DNA of 64,000 nucleotides from an uncultured Muribaculaceae bacterium (GTDB lineage Bacteria; Bacteroidota; Bacteroidia; Bacteroidales; Muribaculaceae): NCBI GenBank assembly GCA_964018905.1, contig CAXHRO010000004.1, positions 28,950 to 92,949 of the forward strand, read 5' to 3'. Shown piece by piece: positions 56,531 to 64,000 of this stretch (position 1 is its first letter; each line of letters starts with the position of its first letter). The notes under the pieces were generated by a model. It saw only the letters and a program-made list of their open reading frames with translations, ran no database searches and was not told where the DNA came from. The position numbers and the translations under genes were made by a program.

Positions 56531-58360
56531 TCAAAATGACTGCATATCGACCAGCCTGCGGTAGTAACCGTTAAGAGTCATAAGCTGATCGTGAGTGCCA
56601 CGCTCTACGATGCGCCCCTCGTGGAGCACACATATCAAATCGGCATTGCGTATGGTCGACAGACGGTGGGCTATGACCAGAGTGGTGCGATCCTTCATAA
56701 GCCTGTCAAGAGCTTCCTGCACCGACTTCTCGCTCTCCGAGTCAAGAGCCGATGTAGCCTCATCGAGAATTAACACCGGTGGATTCTTAAGTATCGCCCT
56801 GGCTATGGACACCCGCTGACGCTGGCCACCCGACAGTCGGCATCCGCGGTCTCCTATATTGGTGTCATACCCCTCGGGGCTTTCCATGATAAACTCATGG
56901 GCATTGGCAATCCGGGCCGCAGTCTCGACTTCTTCACGCGTTGCGTTATCGACGCCGAATGTAATATTGTTGTAGAATGTATCGTTAAACAGGATTGCCT
57001 CCTGGTTGACATTACCCATGAACGAGCGAAGGTCATGAACCCGAAGATCCCTCACATCAATCCCATCTATCTGTATCGAACCCGCATTGACATCATAGAA
57101 GCGCGGCAGGAGGTCGGCCATTGTTGATTTACCCGAACCGGACTGCCCCACAAGCGCCACAGTCGACCCGGCAGGGATATCCAGATCGATCCCGGAGAGC
57201 ACAGGATGAGTGCCGTCATAGGAGAAATCAACACCCTTGTAAGCGATATCGCCCCTCAGATGCCTGATCTCGGCAGGATCGGCAGGATCCTTGATCGGAT
57301 TGTCGGCCTTCAGTATCATATCGACCCTCTCCATCGAGGCGAGGCCGCGCTGTATGGCATACAGCGCCTTAGAAAACTCTTTGGCAGGATTGATGATATT
57401 ATAGAAAATCACCATGTAGTAGATGAAGAGCGAAGCTGTCATCAATGATACCCCTGTAAGAATAAGCGTGCCGCCAAACCATAGCACGATAGCGATCGCA
57501 GCGGTACCGAGAAACTCACTCATAGGATGGGCAAGCGCCTGACGTCGGGCCACGTTCTTGGAGATGCGGTAGAAGCGCTCGTTTTCACGGGCAAACCGCT
57601 CTCGTACCTTAGGCTCGGCATTGAAAGCCTTGATTATACGCAAGCCGCCAAGAGTCTCCTCGATATTGCTCATTATGGCTCCCCACTGGTTCTGTCCCTC
57701 GAGTGAATCACGTTTAAGTCGTTTGCCTATGCGCCCCATTATCGTTCCGGCTATCGGCAACAGGATAAAGACAAAGAGCGTAAGTTGCCAACTGATGGCG
57801 ATCATCATTGCAAGACACACAAGAATCATTACCGGATTCTTGAAGAACATGTCGAGCGACGACATTATTGAATTCTCGATCTCGGCCACATCGCCCGACA
57901 TACGGGCTATCACATCACCCTTACGCTCAGATGTAAAGAATCCGATAGGAAGGGCGACAATCTTGTCATACATGGTATTACGTATGTCACGGACGATTCC
58001 CATGCGCATGGGAATAATTACATACGAAGCCATGTAGGTGACACCCACCTTAAGGAATGTCATGACAACGAGCAGAGCCGCAAGCATGGCCAAAGTGCCC
58101 GAAGCACCGAAGTAAGCTATCGACTCCTGAGTGTAGTAATAGAAATTGTTGATCAGTACATCCTTGAGATCGCCGGCATCCAAAGGCATATATGAATATA
58201 CCGATGTCTTGATCTGAAACAGCATCTCGAGAATGGGTATGATTACCGCAAACGAGAACAGAGTCAGAACCGCCGCAAGAATGTTAAAGATTATATTGAG
58301 CACGAAATACCGCTTATAGGGCGGCAGATAGCGCTTTATCACTTTCCATATTTCGTTCAT
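56531..58360 (-). CDS. ABC transporter permease/ATPase fusion (MsbA-like exporter)
   Basis: Six N-terminal TM helices. Walker A GQSGSGKST, signature LSGGQRQR, Walker B ILILDEATSALD. Confidence 0.85.
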   Translation of the reverse strand: MNEIWKVIKRYLPPYKRYFVLNIIFNILAAVLTLFSFAVIIPILEMLFQIKTSVYSYMPLDAGDLKDVLINNFYYYTQESIAYFGASGTLAMLAALLVVMTFLKVGVTYMASYVIIPMRMGIVRDIRNTMYDKIVALPIGFFTSERKGDVIARMSGDVAEIENSIMSSLDMFFKNPVMILVCLAMMIAISWQLTLFVFILLPIAGTIMGRIGKRLKRDSLEGQNQWGAIMSNIEETLGGLRIIKAFNAEPKVRERFARENERFYRISKNVARRQALAHPMSEFLGTAAIAIVLWFGGTLILTGVSLMTASLFIYYMVIFYNIINPAKEFSKALYAIQRGLASMERVDMILKADNPIKDPADPAEIRHLRGDIAYKGVDFSYDGTHPVLSGIDLDIPAGSTVALVGQSGSGKSTMADLLPRFYDVNAGSIQIDGIDVRDLRVHDLRSFMGNVNQEAILFNDTFYNNITFGVDNATREEVETAARIANAHEFIMESPEGYDTNIGDRGCRLSGGQRQRVSIARAILKNPPVLILDEATSALDSESEKSVQEALDRLMKDRTTLVIAHRLSTIRNADLICVLHEGRIVERGTHDQLMTLNGYYRRLVDMQSF

Positions 58361-58372
58361 AAAGGCAACATG

Positions 58373-58915
58373 TTAGAGGGTATCGACAAACTCCATTCCA
58401 CGTCTCAAGGCAGCCTCATTGGCCGGAATCAGATGATGATGACGTTCGGGAAGAGCCTTCTTCAATCCTCTGAGCACAGCATCGACCGACACCATCGGAC
58501 GAGCCTTTATAAGCGCACCAAGTAGCACCATATTGTAGCCCTTGGCATTACCCATCTCTATTGTAGCCGTCATGGCGTCGACCGACAGGATTGTGATATC
58601 CTGACGCACCGGCTTGTGATGTATTCCTGACGGATCATAGATAAGCAATCCGCCGGGTTTTACATGAGACTCGAACTTATCAAGGCTCTGCTGATTGAGA
58701 ATGACAGCAATATCGTATGTGTCGAGCACAGGTGAACTGATGGCCGTATCGCTGAGAATAACAGTGACATTGGCTGTACCGCCACGCTGTTCAGGGCCAT
58801 AGGATGGCATCCAGGTCACCTCAAGATCGTTCATGAGCGCGGCATAAGCCAGTATCTTTCCCATCGACAGGACTCCCTGTCCGCCAAAACCTGCTATAAT
58901 TATTTCTTCAGTCAT
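58373..58915 (-). CDS. korG: 2-oxoacid:ferredoxin oxidoreductase subunit gamma
   Basis: IIIAGFGGQGVLSMGKILA N-terminus. 180 aa. Last gene of the four-gene cluster. Confidence 0.85.
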   Translation of the reverse strand: MTEEIIIAGFGGQGVLSMGKILAYAALMNDLEVTWMPSYGPEQRGGTANVTVILSDTAISSPVLDTYDIAVILNQQSLDKFESHVKPGGLLIYDPSGIHHKPVRQDITILSVDAMTATIEMGNAKGYNMVLLGALIKARPMVSVDAVLRGLKKALPERHHHLIPANEAALRRGMEFVDTL

Positions 58916-58933
58916 TGTGTCTTTGAAGTAATG

Positions 58934-59719
58934 TCATTTAGAGTCATTATTATCGGATGTCGTATCCTTGACATCACCCGGCGGATAGGCCTCGAACATG
59001 TGCTGCTCCATCCATTTGTTGGCATCGGCCGGAGACATCTTCCACCCCGAGCTACAGGTCCCGACTATCTCCACTACCGAGGTTCCAAGGCCATCCATAG
59101 AAGCCTTGAATGCCTTCTTCAGCGCCGACTTGCACCGACGCACGGCGGCGGCAGTGTGCACAGCCTGACGAGTGACATAGCATGTACCCGGCAACTGGGC
59201 CAGCAACGGCGTGATATTCAGCGGATATCCGTTAAGGTCGACACGACGTCCATAAGGAGTGGTAGCGGTCTTCATGCCCTCGAGAGTTGTGGGAGCCATC
59301 TGTCCGCCGGTCATACCGTATATACCGTTATTAATGAATATGATAACTATATTCTCGCCACGGTTTGCGGCATGAATTGTCTCGGCCGTGCCTATGGCGG
59401 CAAGGTCTCCGTCACCTTGGTATGTAAACACCATGCGGTCGGGGTTGAGGCGCTTGGCGGCTGTAGCCACAGCCGGTGCACGGCCATGGGCGGCCTCGAT
59501 CCAGTCAACATCAATATACCGGTATGCAAAGACCGCACACCCTACAGGAGCCACACCTATGGCACTGTTCTCGAGTCCCATCTCGTCAAGAATCTCGCTG
59601 ACAAGCTTGTGGACCACACCATGGCTACATCCCGGACAATAGTGCATATCACGGTCATCCATAAGGCGCGGACGACAGTATACCTTAGTGCCCTGTCTGA
59701 TTATATCGTCATGATTCAT
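58934..59719 (-). CDS. korB: 2-oxoglutarate:ferredoxin oxidoreductase subunit beta (TPP-binding)
   Basis: CPGCSHG and the TPP motif YQGDGDLAAIG...NNGIYGMTGGQ. ATG at 59719 preferred. Confidence 0.85.
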   Translation of the reverse strand: MNHDDIIRQGTKVYCRPRLMDDRDMHYCPGCSHGVVHKLVSEILDEMGLENSAIGVAPVGCAVFAYRYIDVDWIEAAHGRAPAVATAAKRLNPDRMVFTYQGDGDLAAIGTAETIHAANRGENIVIIFINNGIYGMTGGQMAPTTLEGMKTATTPYGRRVDLNGYPLNITPLLAQLPGTCYVTRQAVHTAAAVRRCKSALKKAFKASMDGLGTSVVEIVGTCSSGWKMSPADANKWMEQHMFEAYPPGDVKDTTSDNNDSK

Positions 59720-59726
59720 ATCGACT

Positions 59727-60809
59727 CTAATTTGAAAAATGGGACTTGAATGCATTGAACACTTCCAGTGGATCGGGCACGATACCACCCATGCGGCCAA
59801 AGTGGAACACCGGCATACGCCGTCCCACAGCCAGCCTTACATCCTGTATCATCTGGCCTGCGTTAAGCTCCACCACGAGTACACCCTTGACGTGTGACGC
59901 GACTTCGGCTATAACTTCATACGGGAACGGCCACAGGGTTATAGGCCTTACAAGACCTACCTTTATACCCTCCTTGCGGGCCTCCTCGATCGACTTAAGG
60001 CATATACGGGCCACTGAGCCGAATGCAACTATAAGATAGTCGCAGTCATCGGTGTAATACGACTGATACCGCACCTCGTTCTGCTCGATAAGAGCATACG
60101 TGCGCTGGAACCGCTCGTTGTTCTTCTCCATGATAGCCGAGTCAAGTTCGAGCGAAGTAATCACATTGCGACTGTCTCGCCCGTTCTTGCCTGAAGCCGC
60201 CCACGGACACTGCTCGGCGATCTCCTCGGGAGTACGGCGCGGCCTTGCCGGCGGCAGGATGACCTTCTCCATCATCTGCCCCACGATGCCGTCGGCCAGT
60301 ATCATGGCCGGTGTGCGGTACTTGAAGGCGAGATCAAAGCCAAGGCCTACAAAATCGGCCATTTCCTGCACTGTTGCCGGAGCAAGAACTATCAGATGAT
60401 AGTCGCCATGGCCGCCACCCTTGGTCGCCTGGAAATAGTCGCTCTGCGAGGGATGTATGGTGCCGAGTCCCGGGCCGCCGCGCATCACATTGACAATCAG
60501 GGCCGGCAACTCTGATGCGGCGATATACGATATACCCTCCTGCATTAGGCTTACACCCGGACTTGACGACGACGTCATGACAGCCTTGCCTGTAGCGGCA
60601 CCGCCATATACCATGTTAATAGAAGCGACCTCGCTCTCGGCCTGCATGACCACCATACCGGTAGTTTCCCAAGGCATCTCGGCCTCGAGAGTCTCAAGAA
60701 TCTCCGACTGGGGGGTTATAGGGTAACCGAAATAGCCATCCACGCCATACCTTATTGCGGCATGTGCAATGGCCTCGTTACCTTTCATGAGTCTTACCTC
60801 TTCATTCAT
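59727..60809 (-). CDS. korA: 2-oxoglutarate:ferredoxin oxidoreductase subunit alpha
   Basis: MKGNEAIAHAAIRYGVDGYFGYPITPQSE is the N-terminus typical of KorA/PorA. ATG at 60809 preferred. Confidence 0.85.
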   Translation of the reverse strand: MNEEVRLMKGNEAIAHAAIRYGVDGYFGYPITPQSEILETLEAEMPWETTGMVVMQAESEVASINMVYGGAATGKAVMTSSSSPGVSLMQEGISYIAASELPALIVNVMRGGPGLGTIHPSQSDYFQATKGGGHGDYHLIVLAPATVQEMADFVGLGFDLAFKYRTPAMILADGIVGQMMEKVILPPARPRRTPEEIAEQCPWAASGKNGRDSRNVITSLELDSAIMEKNNERFQRTYALIEQNEVRYQSYYTDDCDYLIVAFGSVARICLKSIEEARKEGIKVGLVRPITLWPFPYEVIAEVASHVKGVLVVELNAGQMIQDVRLAVGRRMPVFHFGRMGGIVPDPLEVFNAFKSHFSN

Positions 60810-60828
60810 TGGGTTTTTATATAAGGTT

Positions 60829-61059
60829 TTATTTTTCAACCACACGATACACCTCGATGCATCCATCGGGGCATACTGTGGCGCACGCGGCACAGCCGAT
60901 GCACGCATCGGGCCTGGCCATCACAGCATACCGGTAACCACGGTCATTGACATCCTTGAGCGCAAGAGACAGCACGTCGACCGGACAGGCGACAACACAA
61001 AGGTCACAGCCCTTGCAACGCTCCACTTCAATAACCACAGTACCTGAAACTTTAGCCAT
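60829..61059 (-). CDS. korD: 4Fe-4S dicluster ferredoxin-type subunit delta
   Basis: Two CxxCxxCxxxCP motifs (CKGCDLCVVACP, CIGCAACATVCP). 76 aa. Confidence 0.85.
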   Translation of the reverse strand: MAKVSGTVVIEVERCKGCDLCVVACPVDVLSLALKDVNDRGYRYAVMARPDACIGCAACATVCPDGCIEVYRVVEK

Positions 61060-61318
61060 TTTATACTATGTTCTTATTTATTAAACAGTTAAATACATAG
61101 GCAATGGCACCGTTACGTGCCTGTCACCCGCTTCATGGCACAAATATACATAATTCACCGCAGATTTCATACATTTTAACACTATCTAACCAATGGCACA
61201 CAGATATAAAAGGTGTGCAGAAGCAAACATATCCCACCAAAGTTTTGTTACTCCTGATGGCTGACCGCATACTGCGGAGCATAAAACTACTACTCCCGAT
61301 CTTTTAAAAACTTTATCT

Positions 61319-62320
61319 ATGAACTACTTGACTAATGAAAAGCTCCTGATCGTGGGAGCCGCCGGCATGATCGGCTCAAACATGGCACAGACCGCACTGA
61401 TGATGGGTCTCACCACCGATATATGTCTATATGACCCATACGCTCCGGCTCTGGAAGGAGTGGCCGAGGAACTGTCAGACTGCTCGTTCGAGGGCGCACG
61501 TATAACATTCACAAGCGACATAAGGAAAGCCTTTGAGAGTGCCAGATATATCGTATCCTCGGGAGGCGCGGCTCGCAAAGCCGGAATGACACGCGAAGAC
61601 CTGCTCAAGGGCAACGCTGCCATAGCCGAGGAGCTGGGCAAAAACATCAGGAAATACTGCCCCGATGTAAAACATGTTGTCGTGATATTCAATCCGGCCG
61701 ATATCACCGGACTTATAACCCTGATCTATTCGGGCCTGAGACCCTCACAGGTATCCACACTGGCCGCACTTGACAGCACCCGTCTGCAAAAAGAGCTGGC
61801 ACGCCACTTCGGCATACCTCAGGACGAGGTCACAAACAGCCGCACATATGGCGGTCACGGTGAACAGATGGCAGTATTTGCCTCTACAACAACCATCGCC
61901 GGACAACCGCTGTCCGACATAATCGACACCGACCGGTTGCCCATACACGAATGGGAAGCCATAAAAGCCAAAGTGATACAGGGAGGAAAACACATCATTG
62001 ATCTTCGTGGCCGCTCATCATTCCAAAGCCCGTCCTATCTCTCCATCGAGATGATAGCCGCCACCATGGGTGGCAAGCCATTCCGCTGGCCGGTCGGCAC
62101 ATACGTCAACAACAACCGCTTCAAGCACATCATGATGGCAATGGAGACATCGGTAACATCCAAGGGAGTTCACCATCTGCCCATGCATGGATCGGCCGCT
62201 GAAGAAGCCGAACTGGAACGCAGCTACGAACATCTGTGCAAACTCCGCGACGAAGTAATCGCGATGGGTGTACTGCCGCCTGTCGAGAAGTGGCACGAAA
62301 TCAACCCGTTCATTGATTGA
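61319..62320 (+). CDS. mdh: Malate dehydrogenase (LDH-like family, Bacteroidales type)
   Basis: Rossmann LIVGAAGMIGSNMA, substrate/catalytic region TYGGHGEQM. 333 aa. Confidence 0.8.
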   Translation: MNYLTNEKLLIVGAAGMIGSNMAQTALMMGLTTDICLYDPYAPALEGVAEELSDCSFEGARITFTSDIRKAFESARYIVSSGGAARKAGMTREDLLKGNAAIAEELGKNIRKYCPDVKHVVVIFNPADITGLITLIYSGLRPSQVSTLAALDSTRLQKELARHFGIPQDEVTNSRTYGGHGEQMAVFASTTTIAGQPLSDIIDTDRLPIHEWEAIKAKVIQGGKHIIDLRGRSSFQSPSYLSIEMIAATMGGKPFRWPVGTYVNNNRFKHIMMAMETSVTSKGVHHLPMHGSAAEEAELERSYEHLCKLRDEVIAMGVLPPVEKWHEINPFID

Positions 62321-62340
62321 ACAATGTAGCCGACAGCTAA

Positions 62341-62380
62341 CCGGCGCATGTGGTTATGTCAACACAACCGCATGCGCCGG
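62341..62380. terminator. Bidirectional terminator between convergent mdh and the TSCPD gene
   Basis: 10-bp perfect stem CCGGCGCATG / CATGCGCCGG with further internal pairing. Confidence 0.6.
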
Positions 62381-62384
62381 TACA

Positions 62385-62630
62385 TCAAAGATGTCGCTCA
62401 AGTGCAATAGCAAGCTGATCGGGACATGAAGTCTCCTTGACACCACACCTGATACCCTTGAGACGCTCAATAACCTGCCCGGGCTCAAGCCCGTCGACAA
62501 GAGCGCCTATTCCCTTGAGATTGCCGTTACAGCCGCCTACAAATGACACATTGCGCACACAGCCATTGTCATCAATCTCATAATCAATCTGGCGCGAGCA
62601 TGTGCCGCGAGTCATAAAACAATACTTCAT
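62385..62630 (-). CDS. TSCPD domain-containing protein (TIGR03905-like)
   Basis: 81 aa. GTCSRQIDYEIDDNGCVRNVSFVGGCNGNLKGI...TSCPDQLA contains the TSCPD motif. Confidence 0.75.
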   Translation of the reverse strand: MKYCFMTRGTCSRQIDYEIDDNGCVRNVSFVGGCNGNLKGIGALVDGLEPGQVIERLKGIRCGVKETSCPDQLAIALERHL

Positions 62631-62837
62631 AATTCAAATTTAAAATTTAACTCAGATGTATCTTTTAGAGATTGTCTAAAATTCATATCACTTTGCTTTT
62701 GAGAGACTTGCAACGCATTTTTCGTTTATTACTCGGTCATGTAGCTACAGCTACCATCCCTCATCACAAGCAAAGATCCATCCGACAATCTTTCTCAAAA
62801 AAATACGTATCACATAAATTTGGACAACCTCTTAAAC

Positions 62838-62876
62838 ACAAATGAAGCCGCTTCTCTCGAAAACGGCTTCATTTGT
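62838..62876 (-). terminator. Terminator after tRNA-Leu
   Basis: 13-bp perfect stem ACAAATGAAGCCG / CGGCTTCATTTGT abutting the tRNA 3' end. On the minus strand it is followed by GTTTAAG. Confidence 0.6.
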
Positions 62877-62959
62877 GCTCGAAGCGGGACTCGAACCCGC
62901 ACAGCCGCAATGGCCAAGGGATTTTAAGTCCCTCGTGTCTACCATTCCACCATTCGAGC
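62876..62959 (-). tRNA. tRNA-Leu (anticodon TAA)
   Basis: Manual fold of the minus strand: acceptor GCTCGAA/TTCGAGC, anticodon stem AGGGA/TCCCT with loop CTTAAAA, long variable arm, T arm GCGGG-TTCGAGT-CCCGC. Confidence 0.9.
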
Positions 62960-63001
62960 TGCCATGCCTGCCCCACTCACGGGACAGCCTGTTTGTGAGT
63001 G

Positions 63002-63009
63002 CAAAGTTA
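63002..63009 (-). promoter_or_regulatory. -7 promoter box TAACTTTG (minus strand) for tRNA-Leu
   Basis: The reverse complement of CAAAGTTA, 43 nt upstream of the tRNA 5' end. Confidence 0.5.
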
Positions 63010-63057
63010 TAATTTTTTTTTCATTAACAAACAATCAAAGCCGTTTTTTAGGCGACT

Positions 63058-63558
63058 TCATCGCGACACGACCATATATTCGCCCTGCTGACCAGCCCCA
63101 ATGTAATACTTCTGCAGGCCATATCCATACTCATGGGCCGGCCCCGACAAAGGCTGGCCATAATTGGAGAAGACATCATATACACTATGACACACAGGGC
63201 AACAGGCATTGGCCGCCTCGGTATCCACAACTATACGTACATCTGCCTTACACTCCACCGGACAGGCCAAATCATAAGCCCTCGGCGCTCCAAGTATGTC
63301 CCCGACTATGAGTATTCCGCCGAAACCGGTCTGCGACAACATTGTATACGGAAAATTCGACGGTATACGCTCCGACTTGATGTAACGCCTGTGATTCAAT
63401 GCACCGGGCACACCATAGGTATTCCACTCTGCCACATCCCTGAACTCAAGCCTTACAGGCGCCGGTGGTATACGCTGGTCGTCGAGATGCTTGCACGACG
63501 GCGATATGACCGTCAGAAGAAGCATCGCTGCGGCAACAATCACCGGCCAGCGCATCAT
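63058..63558 (-). CDS. Hypothetical lipoprotein with a CxxxC...CCxxCH cysteine motif
   Basis: Signal peptide with lipobox-like LLTVISPSC. The motif is ACPVECK...ANACCPVCHSVYD. Overlaps the upstream gene by 4 nt. No family recognised with confidence. Confidence 0.5.
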   Translation of the reverse strand: MMRWPVIVAAAMLLLTVISPSCKHLDDQRIPPAPVRLEFRDVAEWNTYGVPGALNHRRYIKSERIPSNFPYTMLSQTGFGGILIVGDILGAPRAYDLACPVECKADVRIVVDTEAANACCPVCHSVYDVFSNYGQPLSGPAHEYGYGLQKYYIGAGQQGEYMVVSR

Positions 63559-63971
63559 TTTCCCATCTTAGCCATCATGTCGCCAAACTGGTCGGCCACA
63601 TGCTGAAGCTTAGGCCCGACAAGAGCACGAACCATCACAGGCAATTCGATATCTATCGATGTAGACACCTCGGTCACAGCCTCATCAACAGCCTTGAGGT
63701 TAATGGTCATACCCAGAGGCAGAGGCGAGCTGGTAGCCTTGAACACAATCCTGGATGGCTCGACACGCTCCACGATCTCAAATCGTATCTCTCCCACCTG
63801 GGGAGTGACTATAGTGAGCGAATCGTTGTCAAACTTCATCTCGGCCATATGTTCCTGCGCCTCAGGACGAGCCTTGACAGCCTCCTCAAGAGCCGACATG
63901 TCACTAAACCGGCCATACAGATCGCCTATAGCGCGATCGATGACAGCCGGCTTGCCTTTATACGTAGCCAT
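63555..63971 (-). CDS. Hypothetical protein, SRPBCC-like (tentative)
   Basis: 138 aa. The alternating beta-strand region followed by a long C-terminal helix (VMVRALVGPKLQHVADQFGDMMAKM) resembles START/SRPBCC folds. Recognition is weak. Confidence 0.35.
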   Translation of the reverse strand: MATYKGKPAVIDRAIGDLYGRFSDMSALEEAVKARPEAQEHMAEMKFDNDSLTIVTPQVGEIRFEIVERVEPSRIVFKATSSPLPLGMTINLKAVDEAVTEVSTSIDIELPVMVRALVGPKLQHVADQFGDMMAKMGK

Positions 63972-64000
63972 ACATCAACAGTTTTTTACTTGTTAGGAGT

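Overview
The window looks like a chromosomal segment of a Bacteroidota (Bacteroidales-like) genome. This rests on recurring TAnnTTTG -7 promoter boxes, no obvious Shine-Dalgarno sequences, a BlaR1-TonB fusion, a TonB-dependent receptor and a Wzx/Wzy polysaccharide locus. No searches were run, so all calls come from motif recognition in the supplied translations and from reading the DNA.

Most of the window is housekeeping:
- PBP1A, OmpA-like porin, RNase G, HU, holA, rluB, asnS
- folB, rnz, tadA, metH, prmC, recX, comF-like
- M16 peptidase, ispG, purE, an MsbA-like ABC exporter
- a four-subunit 2-oxoglutarate:ferredoxin oxidoreductase, mdh
- three tRNAs, each with its own promoter box and terminator

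Three regions stand out:
1. An AT-rich accessory island at about 5.2-11.1 kb. It carries an XRE-like HTH gene plus a small membrane protein gene, and a degraded relic of the AlkD-like gene that sits intact at the island's right edge. It also carries a diverged tandem array of an unrecognised two-gene cassette: an acidic 434-aa protein plus a small predicted outer-membrane beta-barrel. One cassette copy is intact. The other is decaying through a deletion of most of the first gene, a 13-nt frameshifting deletion, and an IS66-family insertion with a clean 8-9 bp target duplication. This cassette is my best candidate for an undescribed system.
2. A compact polysaccharide locus at 35.6-44.2 kb. Its Wzc-like protein has lost the Walker A, A' and B motifs and the C-terminal tyrosine cluster, and its distal half is AT-rich.
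3. A co-directional cluster at 26.3-32.2 kb: TonB-dependent receptor, lipoprotein, PHP tyrosine phosphatase, atypical SDR, and a DUF115/GT42-like protein.

Other points of note are a 29-codon highly basic micro-ORF missed by the ORF track and a roughly 270-aa GGYNNRQQ repeat domain fused to RluB. No CRISPR array, rRNA or integrase was seen.
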